37,567 nt of DNA, from the sequence record SRR20825006_561. One strand, 5' to 3'. The translations under genes were made by a program, and so were the position numbers. Below the pieces are notes generated by a model. That model saw only the letters and a list, made by a program, of their open reading frames with translations, made no database searches and was not told where the DNA came from. Of this stretch, positions 28,709-37,567 are shown in pieces; positions within the stretch are counted from its first letter, which is position 1, and each line of letters opens with the position of its first letter.

Positions 28709-30592
28709 GTGTACAGAAGAGTTTTAATCGTTGGTATGACCTCCCTGCCTGTGCATGTTGTGCGCGCTGTTTTGATGGCAAACGACGTCGGGGTCTTATT
28801 CGCGGCACTCACGATGACACATATCTTGCTCTTTGGCGCGGATTTTCCTGCGTCCTATCCGGGCATGTTTTGGCTTTACCTTGTGGTGGGTCTGTTTGGG
28901 CTGGCCATGATCACGGGGTTTCGTCTTCAACGGATTAAACTCGTGATGCTGAACTCTGGCGATGTGCTTAATATCGCCAAGGCCAACCTCGCGATCATGC
29001 TGAGCCTGATGATTGTCTCTCTTGGCCTCGGTGTGCCGCATATGTTGGCCAACACCCTGACTTTTGGCGTGTTTTCTTTTGCTGGCATGGTCGGAACCCG
29101 TGCCATTGCAGTGTCTGTGTTCGGCCACCTTCGGGAACATTTGCACAAACGCCAAACGGTCGCCGTGTTTGGCGCCGGACCCGCCGGGGTGCAATTGGCC
29201 TCGGCGTTGAGCCAATCGTCGGACATGCGCCCGGTTGCATTTTTTGACGACAATCCCACCATGCATGGGATGGAAATCGGCGGCATACCTGTGTGCTCGC
29301 CAAAAGATTTAATCGCCGATATGTTTCGCCAATCCATCTCAAAGCTGATCATCGCTTTGCCCGATAGCGCCAAGGCGCGGCAGAAGGCGATTGTCGATAT
29401 GTGTCTTCGCGCCGATATTGACGTGCAGATTTTGCCATCCTTCATTGATTTGCTGGCGGATCGCGGCAATGAAAAATTGCGCACGGTTGATCCGCATGAC
29501 ATCCTGGGGCGCGACAAAGTTGATCTTGAGACCCCTGAGGTGGCCAAGAGCTATGCCGGGCGTGTGGTGATGGTCACCGGGGCAGGCGGGTCTATTGGCT
29601 CTGAATTGTGCCGTCAGTTGATTGCCTGTCGCCCGGCCAAAATCGTGTTGTTTGAGCAAAGCGAATACAATCTCTATATGGCAGACCTCGATCTGGCCAA
29701 GCGTACCCAATCATGCGCGGTCGAGATTTGTTCCCGGCTTGGCTCGGTCACCGATCCCATGCGCTTGCGTCAGGTGATGGCCGAGGAGAAGGTGGAAATC
29801 ATCCTTCACGCTGCCGCCTACAAGCATGTGCCTTTGGTCGAGGGCAATGAGCTTGAGGGCGCGCGCAACAATATTCTGGGCACGAAAATTTTGGCCGATG
29901 CCGCCGTTTCTGCGGGCATTGAGCGTTTTATCCTTGTGTCAACCGATAAGGCAGTCCGCCCGACCAGCGTGATGGGGGCGACAAAGCGTTTGGCGGAATT
30001 GATCGTTCAGGATGTGCAAACCCGCGCACCGGACACCAAATTTGCCATGGTGCGCTTTGGCAATGTCTTGGGGTCGTCCGGCTCGGTGTTGCCGCTGTTT
30101 CAGGCGCAAATCGAAGCGGGCGGACCGGTGACCGTCACCCATCCAGAGATGAACCGGTATTTCATGACGGTCTCTGAGGCCGCGCGTCTTGTGCTTTTGG
30201 CCGGGGCCTATGCCGAAGGCGGCGATGTGTTCGTATTGGACATGGGGAAACCGCAAAAAATCATCAATATTGCCCGCAAACTGATCCGCCTGTCCGGGCG
30301 CCGGGTCAAGGATCCGGTGACGGGCGAGGGTGACATTGAGATCAAAATCACGGGCCTGCGCCCCGGTGAAAAGCTATTTGAAGAGCTGTTTGTCGATGAG
30401 GACAGCCTGTGTAAAACGCCGCATCCGAAAATCTTGCGCGCCGAGGAGGCGCGGCTGAGCGAGATTCAAATCGCGGGAATGTTGCGCGAAGTTCAGGTGG
30501 CCATCGACACGGCGAACCCGCAAAAATTGCGCAAGGTGGCGATGGAGCGGGTGGATGGCTACCAGTCCGAGCAAATCCCACTCAAGGCTTGA
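28709..30592 (+). CDS. Membrane-anchored UDP-GlcNAc 4,6-dehydratase (CapD/PglF/WbpM family)
   Basis: N-terminal TM helices, GAG.AG, VTGAGGSIGSEL, HAAAYKHVP, STDKAV.P..VMGATK, VRFGNVLGSSGSV, GLRPGEKL.EEL. Start GTG 28709 or ATG 28736. Confidence 0.92.
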   Translation: MYRRVLIVGMTSLPVHVVRAVLMANDVGVLFAALTMTHILLFGADFPASYPGMFWLYLVVGLFGLAMITGFRLQRIKLVMLNSGDVLNIAKANLAIMLSLMIVSLGLGVPHMLANTLTFGVFSFAGMVGTRAIAVSVFGHLREHLHKRQTVAVFGAGPAGVQLASALSQSSDMRPVAFFDDNPTMHGMEIGGIPVCSPKDLIADMFRQSISKLIIALPDSAKARQKAIVDMCLRADIDVQILPSFIDLLADRGNEKLRTVDPHDILGRDKVDLETPEVAKSYAGRVVMVTGAGGSIGSELCRQLIACRPAKIVLFEQSEYNLYMADLDLAKRTQSCAVEICSRLGSVTDPMRLRQVMAEEKVEIILHAAAYKHVPLVEGNELEGARNNILGTKILADAAVSAGIERFILVSTDKAVRPTSVMGATKRLAELIVQDVQTRAPDTKFAMVRFGNVLGSSGSVLPLFQAQIEAGGPVTVTHPEMNRYFMTVSEAARLVLLAGAYAEGGDVFVLDMGKPQKIINIARKLIRLSGRRVKDPVTGEGDIEIKITGLRPGEKLFEELFVDEDSLCKTPHPKILRAEEARLSEIQIAGMLREVQVAIDTANPQKLRKVAMERVDGYQSEQIPLKA

Positions 30593-30733
30593 AACACCGC
30601 AGAGATGGCTCAAAAAGGGGGGCAAAAGCCCCCCATATCATGGCGCAGCGCTCAGGCCGCATACGGGCTAGGCCACAGGTTAAATTCTGATATGGTACGT
30701 AAAATTTCGGGGAATAAAGTGGGTCACAGGACG

Positions 30734-32866
30734 ATGCAGGGACGACGGGCGAGAGCTGAACGTCAAGGCGGCAAAGCTTTGCTTTGGGCCGCGGTTGGGG
30801 GCGTGGCGCTGTCAAGCACACCGATGATGGCCGAGGACCTGCACACCTCTCGTTTCGGCCTTTATGGCTCCGCAGGTCTGTTGGATATGCCCACGGCAGA
30901 GACGGCCCCGGATGGGCAATTGAGCCTGTCGCACACGCGTTTTGGTCCCGTGCGCCGTACCACCTTGGCCTTTCAAATCCTGCCGCGCCTGTCTGGCAGC
31001 CTCAGCTACAGCGGCACGGACAATCTGACCGACGAATTCGACGTCTATTGGGACCGGACCTTTGATCTCAGCTATCAGCTTTTTGATGAGGGGACTTATC
31101 GCCCCGCCGTTTCCATCGGTCTGCGCGATCTGATGGGCACAAGCCTTTTGGGCAGCGAATATATTGTGGCCACCAAATCCGTCGGCGAGCGCCTGCGTGT
31201 GACCGGGGGGCTTGGTTGGGGCCGTTTGGCGACGCAAAACGATCTTGGCTTCTCCATCGGCAATCGGGATGGCGACCTTCGGGACACCGGTGGCACGCTC
31301 AATTTTGATCAATGGTTTCGCGGGCCTGTTGGGGCATTTGGCGGGGTCAGTTACGATCTCAATGACAGGCTGACCGTTTTGGCGGAATATTCTTCCGACG
31401 CCTATCTGGCCGAAACGGAGCGTGGCATCGTCACGCATAATTCGCCTTTCAACGTCGGTCTGAGCTATCACATCACCCCCCATATCACCGCCACCGCCTC
31501 TTATCTCTATGGCGACATGTTCGGGTTTGGGATCACCGGATTTCTCAACCCGAAAACCCCGGCGGTGAAAGGCGGGCTTGAAACCGCACCGACTCCGGTG
31601 ATGCAGCGTCCAAGCCGCTCGGCTGATGCGCTTGGTTGGTCCGGTGCATGGATCGAGGATGGCACAGACGCGCCCGCGATCCGCAAAGCCTTGGCGCGCG
31701 CGATGGCCAAAGAGGGGCTTGAACTCGAAGCCATGTCTTTGACCGCGACCCGCGCCGAAGTGCGGTTTAACAACACCCGCTTTGCCGCCCGCGCCGAGGC
31801 ACTGGGTCGCCTGTCGCGCCTGATGTCGCGGGCCTTCCCGCCGTCGGTCGAAACCTTTGTGATGACCGAGGTGGTTGAGGGCGTACCGACACAATCCACC
31901 ATCGTCCCGCGCACCGGTGTCGAGCGGCTTGAATTCGAGCCGGCTGGCCAGATGCTGGCCGTGACGCAATTTGCCGATCCCCGTGCTTTGCCCTCCGATC
32001 CTTTGGTGCGGCTCGACGATGTCTATCCGCGCCTGCACTGGTCTGTGTCTCCCTATCTGACAGCCTCCGTCTTTGACCCCGAAAGCCCATTGCGTGCTGA
32101 CATCGGATTGCGTGGCAAGGTCAATTACGAGTTGATGCCGGGCCTGTCTTTGCGGGCGTCAACCTCGGTCCGTCTCAGTGGCAATATTGCCGATGAGGAT
32201 GTCAGCGTCGATGACACCACCCTGCCGCCTGTGCGTTCTGAGGCACCCTATTATTCCAATCAGGTACAACTCGAAAACCTGACGGCCAACTGGTATGGTC
32301 ATCCGGCTGAAAACATCTTTACCCGCGCATCTGTCGGCTATCTTGAACGGATGTATGGCGGTGTGTCCGGTGAAGTGCTTTGGAAAAAATCCGCCAGCCG
32401 CCTGGCCCTTGGCGCCGAGGTCAACTATGCGCTCAAACGCGATTTTGATGATCTGTTTGGCTTCGGCGACTATGATATCGTGACGGGGCACGTCTCCGGC
32501 TACTACGACATGGGCAACGGTTTCCATGGTCAAGTGGATGTGGGTCGCTATCTTGCCGGCGACTGGGGCGCGACGTTCTCTGTGGATCGCGAATTCAACA
32601 ATGGTTGGCGGGTTGGCGCCTATGCGACCTTGACCGATGTGCCCTTTGATGAATTTGGCGAAGGCTCTTTTGACAAAGGCATTCGGATTTCCATGCCCTC
32701 TGATTGGTTCGCCGGAACGCCGACCACCGAACGTAATGATTTCCTGTTGCAATCGCTCACCCGTGATGGCGGCGCGCGCCTGAATGTGCAGGGACGGTTG
32801 TATGAGCGTATCCGCGGCACCCAACAACCAGAGATCGAAGACCGTTGGGGGCGGTATTGGAGATGA
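30734..32866 (+). CDS. yjbH: YjbH/GfcD-family outer-membrane beta-barrel protein
   Basis: GLLDMPTA, GLRD..GT....EY.V.TK, G.GWG, EYSSD.Y, GYLE.MYGGV.GE, GRYLAGD.G, GEGSFDKG, L.RDGG. Start uncertain (ATG 30734 preferred to 30605, giving a plausible signal peptide). Confidence 0.9.
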   Translation: MQGRRARAERQGGKALLWAAVGGVALSSTPMMAEDLHTSRFGLYGSAGLLDMPTAETAPDGQLSLSHTRFGPVRRTTLAFQILPRLSGSLSYSGTDNLTDEFDVYWDRTFDLSYQLFDEGTYRPAVSIGLRDLMGTSLLGSEYIVATKSVGERLRVTGGLGWGRLATQNDLGFSIGNRDGDLRDTGGTLNFDQWFRGPVGAFGGVSYDLNDRLTVLAEYSSDAYLAETERGIVTHNSPFNVGLSYHITPHITATASYLYGDMFGFGITGFLNPKTPAVKGGLETAPTPVMQRPSRSADALGWSGAWIEDGTDAPAIRKALARAMAKEGLELEAMSLTATRAEVRFNNTRFAARAEALGRLSRLMSRAFPPSVETFVMTEVVEGVPTQSTIVPRTGVERLEFEPAGQMLAVTQFADPRALPSDPLVRLDDVYPRLHWSVSPYLTASVFDPESPLRADIGLRGKVNYELMPGLSLRASTSVRLSGNIADEDVSVDDTTLPPVRSEAPYYSNQVQLENLTANWYGHPAENIFTRASVGYLERMYGGVSGEVLWKKSASRLALGAEVNYALKRDFDDLFGFGDYDIVTGHVSGYYDMGNGFHGQVDVGRYLAGDWGATFSVDREFNNGWRVGAYATLTDVPFDEFGEGSFDKGIRISMPSDWFAGTPTTERNDFLLQSLTRDGGARLNVQGRLYERIRGTQQPEIEDRWGRYWR

Positions 32867-33570
32867 AACAGCACAAGATGACGCGTCTTGCCGTGGCTTT
32901 GGCGGCGCTCGGTTTGTCGTTTGGCCTGATGGGCTGTGGCAATGATCAGTCTGCCAAGCGGGCCAGCGCAACGATCAAAGATCTCTCGTCTATGGCTGTG
33001 GGGAAGCTGGGCGGCAAGGGTAAAGCCGCGCCCCCGGTTGATCCGCGCGTGTCGATTGAGACCACCATGAGAGAAATCCCAGGGGTCCCGCTGCAATTTG
33101 TGATGCAAGAAAAAGCGAGCGCCTATGCGGTGACCTCGATCTATGGCCAAAACGGTTCGGTGATCACTTGGGTGGGGGCCGATCGAAAAACCACAAGCCT
33201 TGATCGGGGAATGCTGACGGCCACCCGTGGCTTTGGCAATGACTTGATGTCTGTGGAAGACGGCGGGGCTGTGCGGCTGATCACCACAAAACAGGCCGGG
33301 ACGGTGACGAAAACCTATCGGTTTCTGGATGGGTTGGAGCGCACGACGCGTTTGGCGCTAACCTGTGCAATCACGCCGGGTGAAACTCAATCGGTGACAT
33401 CTGGTGAGATTTCGACCTCTGCAAGGATCATGCGCGAGACCTGTCAGACCGCGACCGGGGAATTTTCTTTCACCAACACCTATTGGATTGATGCGGGAGG
33501 CCGGATGGTGCAATCGGTGCAATGGGCCAGTGCCGAGATTGGCCAATTGGTGTTTCGCCGTCTGAGGTGA
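32863..33570 (+). CDS. yjbF: YjbF/GfcB-family lipoprotein
   Basis: Lipobox LMGC; TW, G.L.ATRG.G.DLMS, E.C, F.N.YW, S.QW; ATGA overlap with yjbH stop. Confidence 0.85.
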   Translation: MKQHKMTRLAVALAALGLSFGLMGCGNDQSAKRASATIKDLSSMAVGKLGGKGKAAPPVDPRVSIETTMREIPGVPLQFVMQEKASAYAVTSIYGQNGSVITWVGADRKTTSLDRGMLTATRGFGNDLMSVEDGGAVRLITTKQAGTVTKTYRFLDGLERTTRLALTCAITPGETQSVTSGEISTSARIMRETCQTATGEFSFTNTYWIDAGGRMVQSVQWASAEIGQLVFRRLR

Positions 33571-33610
33571 GCGCGTCATTGGCGCTCAAGACATTTGAAT
33601 TTGAGAAAGA

Positions 33611-33638
33611 AAAACGGCGGCCAAATGACCGCCGTTTT
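33611..33638. terminator. Bidirectional Rho-independent terminator
   Basis: AAAACGGCGG (33611-33620) / CCGCCGTTTT (33629-33638), giving a U-tract on both strands, between convergent genes. Confidence 0.8.
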
Positions 33639-33659
33639 AAAATTCGAAAACAGGTCGAC

Positions 33660-33857
33660 TTAGGAGTCGAGAGCAACTGCGAGCGCAGCAGCGCCGAGCA
33701 GAAGCAAAAGAGCGTTACCACCCATGGAACCATTGGAAGAGCTGGAGCTTTCCTCAACAATCACGGTGGGGGCCATTTCGGGCTCAGAATAGCCACCGGC
33801 AAAGGAAGCGGATGCTGTTGCGACAACAAGCATAGAGGCGAGGGTAACTTTTTTCAT
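33660..33857 (-). CDS. 65-aa secreted small protein (signal peptide, acidic/Ser-rich linker, C-terminal hydrophobic segment)
   Basis: MKKVTLASMLVVATASASFA|GGYSEPEMAPTVIVEESSSSSNGSMGGNALLLLLGAAALAVALDS; GGAGA RBS before ATG 33857; terminator downstream. Confidence 0.85.
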   Translation of the reverse strand: MKKVTLASMLVVATASASFAGGYSEPEMAPTVIVEESSSSSNGSMGGNALLLLLGAAALAVALDS

Positions 33858-34214
33858 ATTGGTATCTCCGTTACAACAAATCACTCAGCATCCAAAGCCA
33901 AGTTCAAATCGAATTTTGCATACTCACCTTAAGCGGGAAACCACAAACTATGCGGCCAGTCTGTTTTCGGCGAAAAAAATCTACATCGTGTCGTATTCAA
34001 CTCACTTACTGATTTTAAGAGAAGAATTTAATAAAAACATACACTAAAGCCTTTTGCGTGTTTCTGGGGTCAGGAGGCTTGCAAAAGGACCGCGTAGCAT
34101 CAATGTTACGGGCGTTTTGCATGTGATCTGGTTCCGGTCAAATGCAACACGCTTAAATGGGAACGAATAGACCGAAACCTCTCGGTTTGGCGCGCCAATC
34201 TCTGGGAGGGGATC

Positions 34215-35405
34215 ATGGTCAAAGGCATTGTCTGGCTTGTGCTGGCCTATGGGCTGAGTCAATTTTATCGGGCTTGCCTTGCGGTGTTCGGGCCCATTCT
34301 CAAATCCGAAATCGGGTTGGGGCCTGAGGACACGTCCATGGCTTTGGGGCTGTGGTTTTTGACCTTTGCCGCTATGCAAATCCCCGTGGGCTGGTTGTTG
34401 GACCATCATTCCCCCAAAGCCACGGCGATGGTGCTTTTGTCGTTTGGCGGTGGCTTGGGGGCGATCGTGTTTGCGATGGCGCAGGGGCCTTTAGGAGTCA
34501 ACGTCGCAATGATGTTGATCGGCATCGGTTGCTCTCCGGTGTTGATGACTTCGCTTTACATCATCGCCCGTACCGCGCCGCCTGCACGTTTCGGCACGCT
34601 GACCGGGCTTGTGCTTGGCATTGGGTCGTTGGGCAATGTTGCTGCCGCCACCCCTTTGACATGGTCGATGGAGCTGTTGGGTTGGCGCGGGACATTGCTG
34701 GCTTTGGCCGCTCTGACGCTATTGATTGCCGGTGCGCTTTATCGTTTTGTCGAGGATCCGCCCCGGCTTGCTCACACTGCGGAAGGGCCGCGCAAAGGGA
34801 TGCGCGATTTGTTGAAACTGCGCGCACTCTACCCGATCTTGTTGATTGCTTTGGTCGCTTACGCGCCCGGGGGCGGGTTGCGCGGCAGTTGGATTGGCGG
34901 TTATTTGTCCGATGTGCATGGGTTGAGCTCAGCGCAGGTCGGAACGGGGACGCTGGTCATGGCGTTTGCGATGATCATTGGCAGCCTTGCCTTTGGTCCG
35001 GTTGATCGCCTGATCAAAAGCCACAAATGGATCGTCGGCGGCAGTGCCGCGCTGACGTTAGTGCCCTTGGCGATGTTATGGCGGGGCTTTGGCGATGCCA
35101 AGGTGACGGCGGCCATTGTCTTGTTTGCGCTGGTTGGATTTTTCTCGTCCAACTATCCGCAGATCATGAACCACGGTCGCACGCTTTTGCCGCCGGAACT
35201 GGTCGGGCGCGGGGTGACGTTGATCAACCTGTTCTCCATCGGTGGCGTGGGCCTGTCACAGATTGTCTCCGCGCGCTTGTTTGCCGCGCAGATGGGGGCC
35301 GAGAGCGCCATGGTGACGTCCTATAGTGTTGTCTTTGGCTTCTTCTCTATCACGCTGGTGCTTGGCCTTGTGGTCTATGCTTTTGGCGCGCGCGATCCCC
35401 GATAG
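34215..35405 (+). CDS. MFS transporter
   Basis: About 12 hydrophobic segments; LSQFYR, QIPVG.LLD, G.G.S, G.G...A..P, GR..T..N; GGAGG RBS. Confidence 0.9.
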   Translation: MVKGIVWLVLAYGLSQFYRACLAVFGPILKSEIGLGPEDTSMALGLWFLTFAAMQIPVGWLLDHHSPKATAMVLLSFGGGLGAIVFAMAQGPLGVNVAMMLIGIGCSPVLMTSLYIIARTAPPARFGTLTGLVLGIGSLGNVAAATPLTWSMELLGWRGTLLALAALTLLIAGALYRFVEDPPRLAHTAEGPRKGMRDLLKLRALYPILLIALVAYAPGGGLRGSWIGGYLSDVHGLSSAQVGTGTLVMAFAMIIGSLAFGPVDRLIKSHKWIVGGSAALTLVPLAMLWRGFGDAKVTAAIVLFALVGFFSSNYPQIMNHGRTLLPPELVGRGVTLINLFSIGGVGLSQIVSARLFAAQMGAESAMVTSYSVVFGFFSITLVLGLVVYAFGARDPR

Positions 35406-35491
35406 CTGGCTTGTGACAGGGCGGCGCCTGTCCTAAGACATTTGGGGTGAACACCTGTGGCACCGGGGCTTGATCAGGAGGCATCCGCGCG

Positions 35492-36628
35492 ATGATCGCA
35501 TATCTCAAAGGCTGGTCGACCAAAAAGGACAGCTTCTTTGCCTCGGTCGCCAAGGCGGCAGGGGGCGGCAAAGGCTTGCCGCTGATCCCGCTGTCGTTTC
35601 ACGGCTTTCCCGAAAGTGACGCGCGTGCCAAGGCGGCGATGGCCGTGGCCAAACGCCAGCCCAAAAGCGCGCTGGTGCGGATGTTGAAATTTCGCCTGAT
35701 CTGGGCGCAATACAACGGCGCGCGCCGCTATTTCACCCGCCACCCGGACAGGATCGCGATGTGTTGGAATGGCATCACCGGCTCTCGCCGTGTGTTCATG
35801 GAAGGGGCGCGCGATGCAGGGGTGCCGCGGCTTTATGGTGAACTCGCGCCCTTTCCCGGTCGGATGCAACTTGATCCCAAAGGCGTCAATGCGCTGAGTT
35901 CTGTGCCGCGCGATCCGGGGTTTTTCACCGCATGGGCGGCAGGACGCGCGGATCGTCAGGGCGACGCGTGGCGGGCGATGGGGGCAAACCTCACCGCGCG
36001 GCTGTCGCGGCGCGCCGATGTGAGGCAGGTGGAGGCCGATCTGTCCGATGAGCCGTTTCTTTTCGTGCCGTTGCAAGTGCCCAATGACAGCCAAATCACC
36101 ATGTTTGGCGGCTGGACCGGCTCCGTTGCAGGGATGATCGCAGCGCTGGCCGAGGCCTCCGAGGCCCTGCCAGAGGGTTGGCATATTCGGATCAAAGAAC
36201 ACCCCTCCGCCAAGACCTCTTTGGCGGAACCGCTGACCCGCGCCATGTCTATTGCTCAAGGACGTCTGCGCCTCGACAACCAAACCGATACCTTTGCCCA
36301 AGTCCGCGCCAGTCGCGGCGTGATCACCGTCAATTCCTCGGTCGGGTTGCAGTCGTTTTTCTATGACAAACCAGTGATCGTGTTGGGCGAGGCGTTTTTT
36401 GCGCTGCCCGGTTTGGTGCGCGTGGTCGGGGACCAAACCGCGCTCCATGCCGCGATGGCGGAGGCGGAATCGCTCGCCTTTGATCCGGCCTTGCGGGCCG
36501 CTTTCATGAATTATCTTGATCAGGTGCATTTCCCGCACGTATCGGAAAGCCCCGATGGCACCATCGAGATCGACCAAAACGCCGCAGTACAGCGGATAAA
36601 GGCGGCAAAGACTGCCGTAGGGCACTAA
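35492..36628 (+). CDS. Capsule polysaccharide biosynthesis protein (KpsS-like, Capsule_synth family)
   Basis: WNG, E.....R..LDP.GVN..S, FVPLQV..DSQI, IKEHP, VITVNSSVGL, KPV.VLG.AF; GGAGG RBS. Confidence 0.82.
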   Translation: MIAYLKGWSTKKDSFFASVAKAAGGGKGLPLIPLSFHGFPESDARAKAAMAVAKRQPKSALVRMLKFRLIWAQYNGARRYFTRHPDRIAMCWNGITGSRRVFMEGARDAGVPRLYGELAPFPGRMQLDPKGVNALSSVPRDPGFFTAWAAGRADRQGDAWRAMGANLTARLSRRADVRQVEADLSDEPFLFVPLQVPNDSQITMFGGWTGSVAGMIAALAEASEALPEGWHIRIKEHPSAKTSLAEPLTRAMSIAQGRLRLDNQTDTFAQVRASRGVITVNSSVGLQSFFYDKPVIVLGEAFFALPGLVRVVGDQTALHAAMAEAESLAFDPALRAAFMNYLDQVHFPHVSESPDGTIEIDQNAAVQRIKAAKTAVGH

Positions 36629-36700
36629 ACCCTCTTTCCTCCAAACGCCCTTTCGCGTAAGGCTCCGCGCCAGTCAACCTGGACTGATGAGGAGTGCCAA

Positions 36701-37567
36701 ATGGGCTATAAAGTCGTCGTCGCAGGCGCCACGGGCAACGTGGGCCGCGAAATGCTGAACATCCTCGCCGAGCGCGAGTTTCCTGTGGATGAGATTGCGG
36801 TTCTTGCATCGCGCAAATCTCTCGGCACCGAAGTGAGCTTTGGCGACAAGACCCTCAAGACCCAAGATCTTGACACCTTTGATTTCACCGGCTGGGACAT
36901 GGCGTTGTTTGCCGTTGGGTCTGACGCGACCAAAATCTACGCGCCGAAAGCCGCGAAAGCGGGCTGTGTCGTGATCGACAACTCGTCGCTCTATCGCTAC
37001 GACGCCGATGTGCCGCTGATCGTGCCGGAAGTGAACCCGGACGCCGTGATGGGGTATGCGAAGAAAAACATCATTGCCAACCCGAACTGTTCGACCGCGC
37101 AGATGGTTGTGGCTTTGAAGCCGCTGCATGACCGTGCCAAAATCAAACGCGTTGTTGTGTCGACCTATCAATCGGTATCTGGCGCGGGCAAAGCCGGGAT
37201 TGATGAGTTGTGGGATCAGACCAAGGGCATGTATGTCCCAGGTCAGGAACGCGCCGCGGCGAAATTCACCAAGCAGATCGCCTTTAACGTGATCCCGCAT
37301 ATTGATGTGTTCATGGATTCCGGCGACACCAAAGAAGAATGGAAAATGATCGCCGAGACCAAAAAGATTTTGGACACGTCGATCAAAGTCACCGCGACCT
37401 GTGTGCGTGTGCCGGTGTTTGTCGGCCATTCTGAATCGATCAACATCGAGACCGAAGAGTTTCTGGACGAAGATGAAGCCCGCGAAATCCTGCGCGTTGC
37501 GCCGGGGATCTTGGTGGTCGATAAGCGCGAAGATGGCGGCTATGTCACGCCGGTTGAATGCGTTGGC
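36701..37567 (+). CDS. asd: Aspartate-semialdehyde dehydrogenase, 3' end outside window
   Basis: Not in ORF track (no stop in window). MGYKVVVAGATGNVGREML, IDNSS, VPEVN, IANPNCST, STYQSVSGAG, FNVIPHID, ATCVRVPVFVGHSE; GAGGAG RBS. Confidence 0.97.
   Translation, partial: MGYKVVVAGATGNVGREMLNILAEREFPVDEIAVLASRKSLGTEVSFGDKTLKTQDLDTFDFTGWDMALFAVGSDATKIYAPKAAKAGCVVIDNSSLYRYDADVPLIVPEVNPDAVMGYAKKNIIANPNCSTAQMVVALKPLHDRAKIKRVVVSTYQSVSGAGKAGIDELWDQTKGMYVPGQERAAAKFTKQIAFNVIPHIDVFMDSGDTKEEWKMIAETKKILDTSIKVTATCVRVPVFVGHSESINIETEEFLDEDEAREILRVAPGILVVDKREDGGYVTPVECVG

Noticed and set aside
34015-34031. Possible CtrA box
   Set aside because: TTAA half-sites are 9 nt apart, not 7.
36674-37429. 251-aa minus-strand ORF
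   Set aside because: Antisense to asd, which the ORF track missed because its stop is outside the window.
36701-37567. Functional link between asd and the dapA/dapB-like genes
   Set aside because: About 35 kb apart with unrelated genes between; asd looks like the ordinary housekeeping copy.
1-37567. Mobile elements, tRNA/rRNA, CRISPR arrays, defence or phage genes
   Set aside because: None recognised by eye; almost all sequence is explained by CDSs. Short ncRNAs cannot be excluded without an Infernal/tRNAscan run.

Overview
GC-rich alphaproteobacterial chromosomal window (gene content and style suggest Rhodobacteraceae; this is inference). In order: the 3' end of a TctA-type permease; a ~10.4 kb divergent amino/imino-acid utilisation cluster (left arm: three-subunit opine-oxidase/HcnABC-like flavoenzyme, aldehyde dehydrogenase, active-site-altered DapB-like protein, DapA; right arm: polar amino-acid ABC transporter, lysine 6-dehydrogenase/saccharopine dehydrogenase-family enzyme, LysR); mntR/mntH with a clear operator palindrome; a three-gene transglutaminase/DUF2126 + circularly permuted ATP-grasp/alpha-E + transglutaminase module; ygiD/LysR; an EF-G paralogue with a degenerate G domain; macAB; a surface-glycan block (epimerase/reductase, phosphoglycosyl transferase, PglF/CapD-like dehydratase, yjbH, yjbF) facing a 65-aa secreted Ser-rich microprotein; an MFS transporter; a KpsS-like gene; and the 5' part of asd. 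I saw no rRNA, tRNA, CRISPR array, transposase or integrase. The best candidate for an undescribed system is the DapA/DapB-like + imino-acid oxidase cluster. All calls come from motif recognition by eye; no database searches were run.
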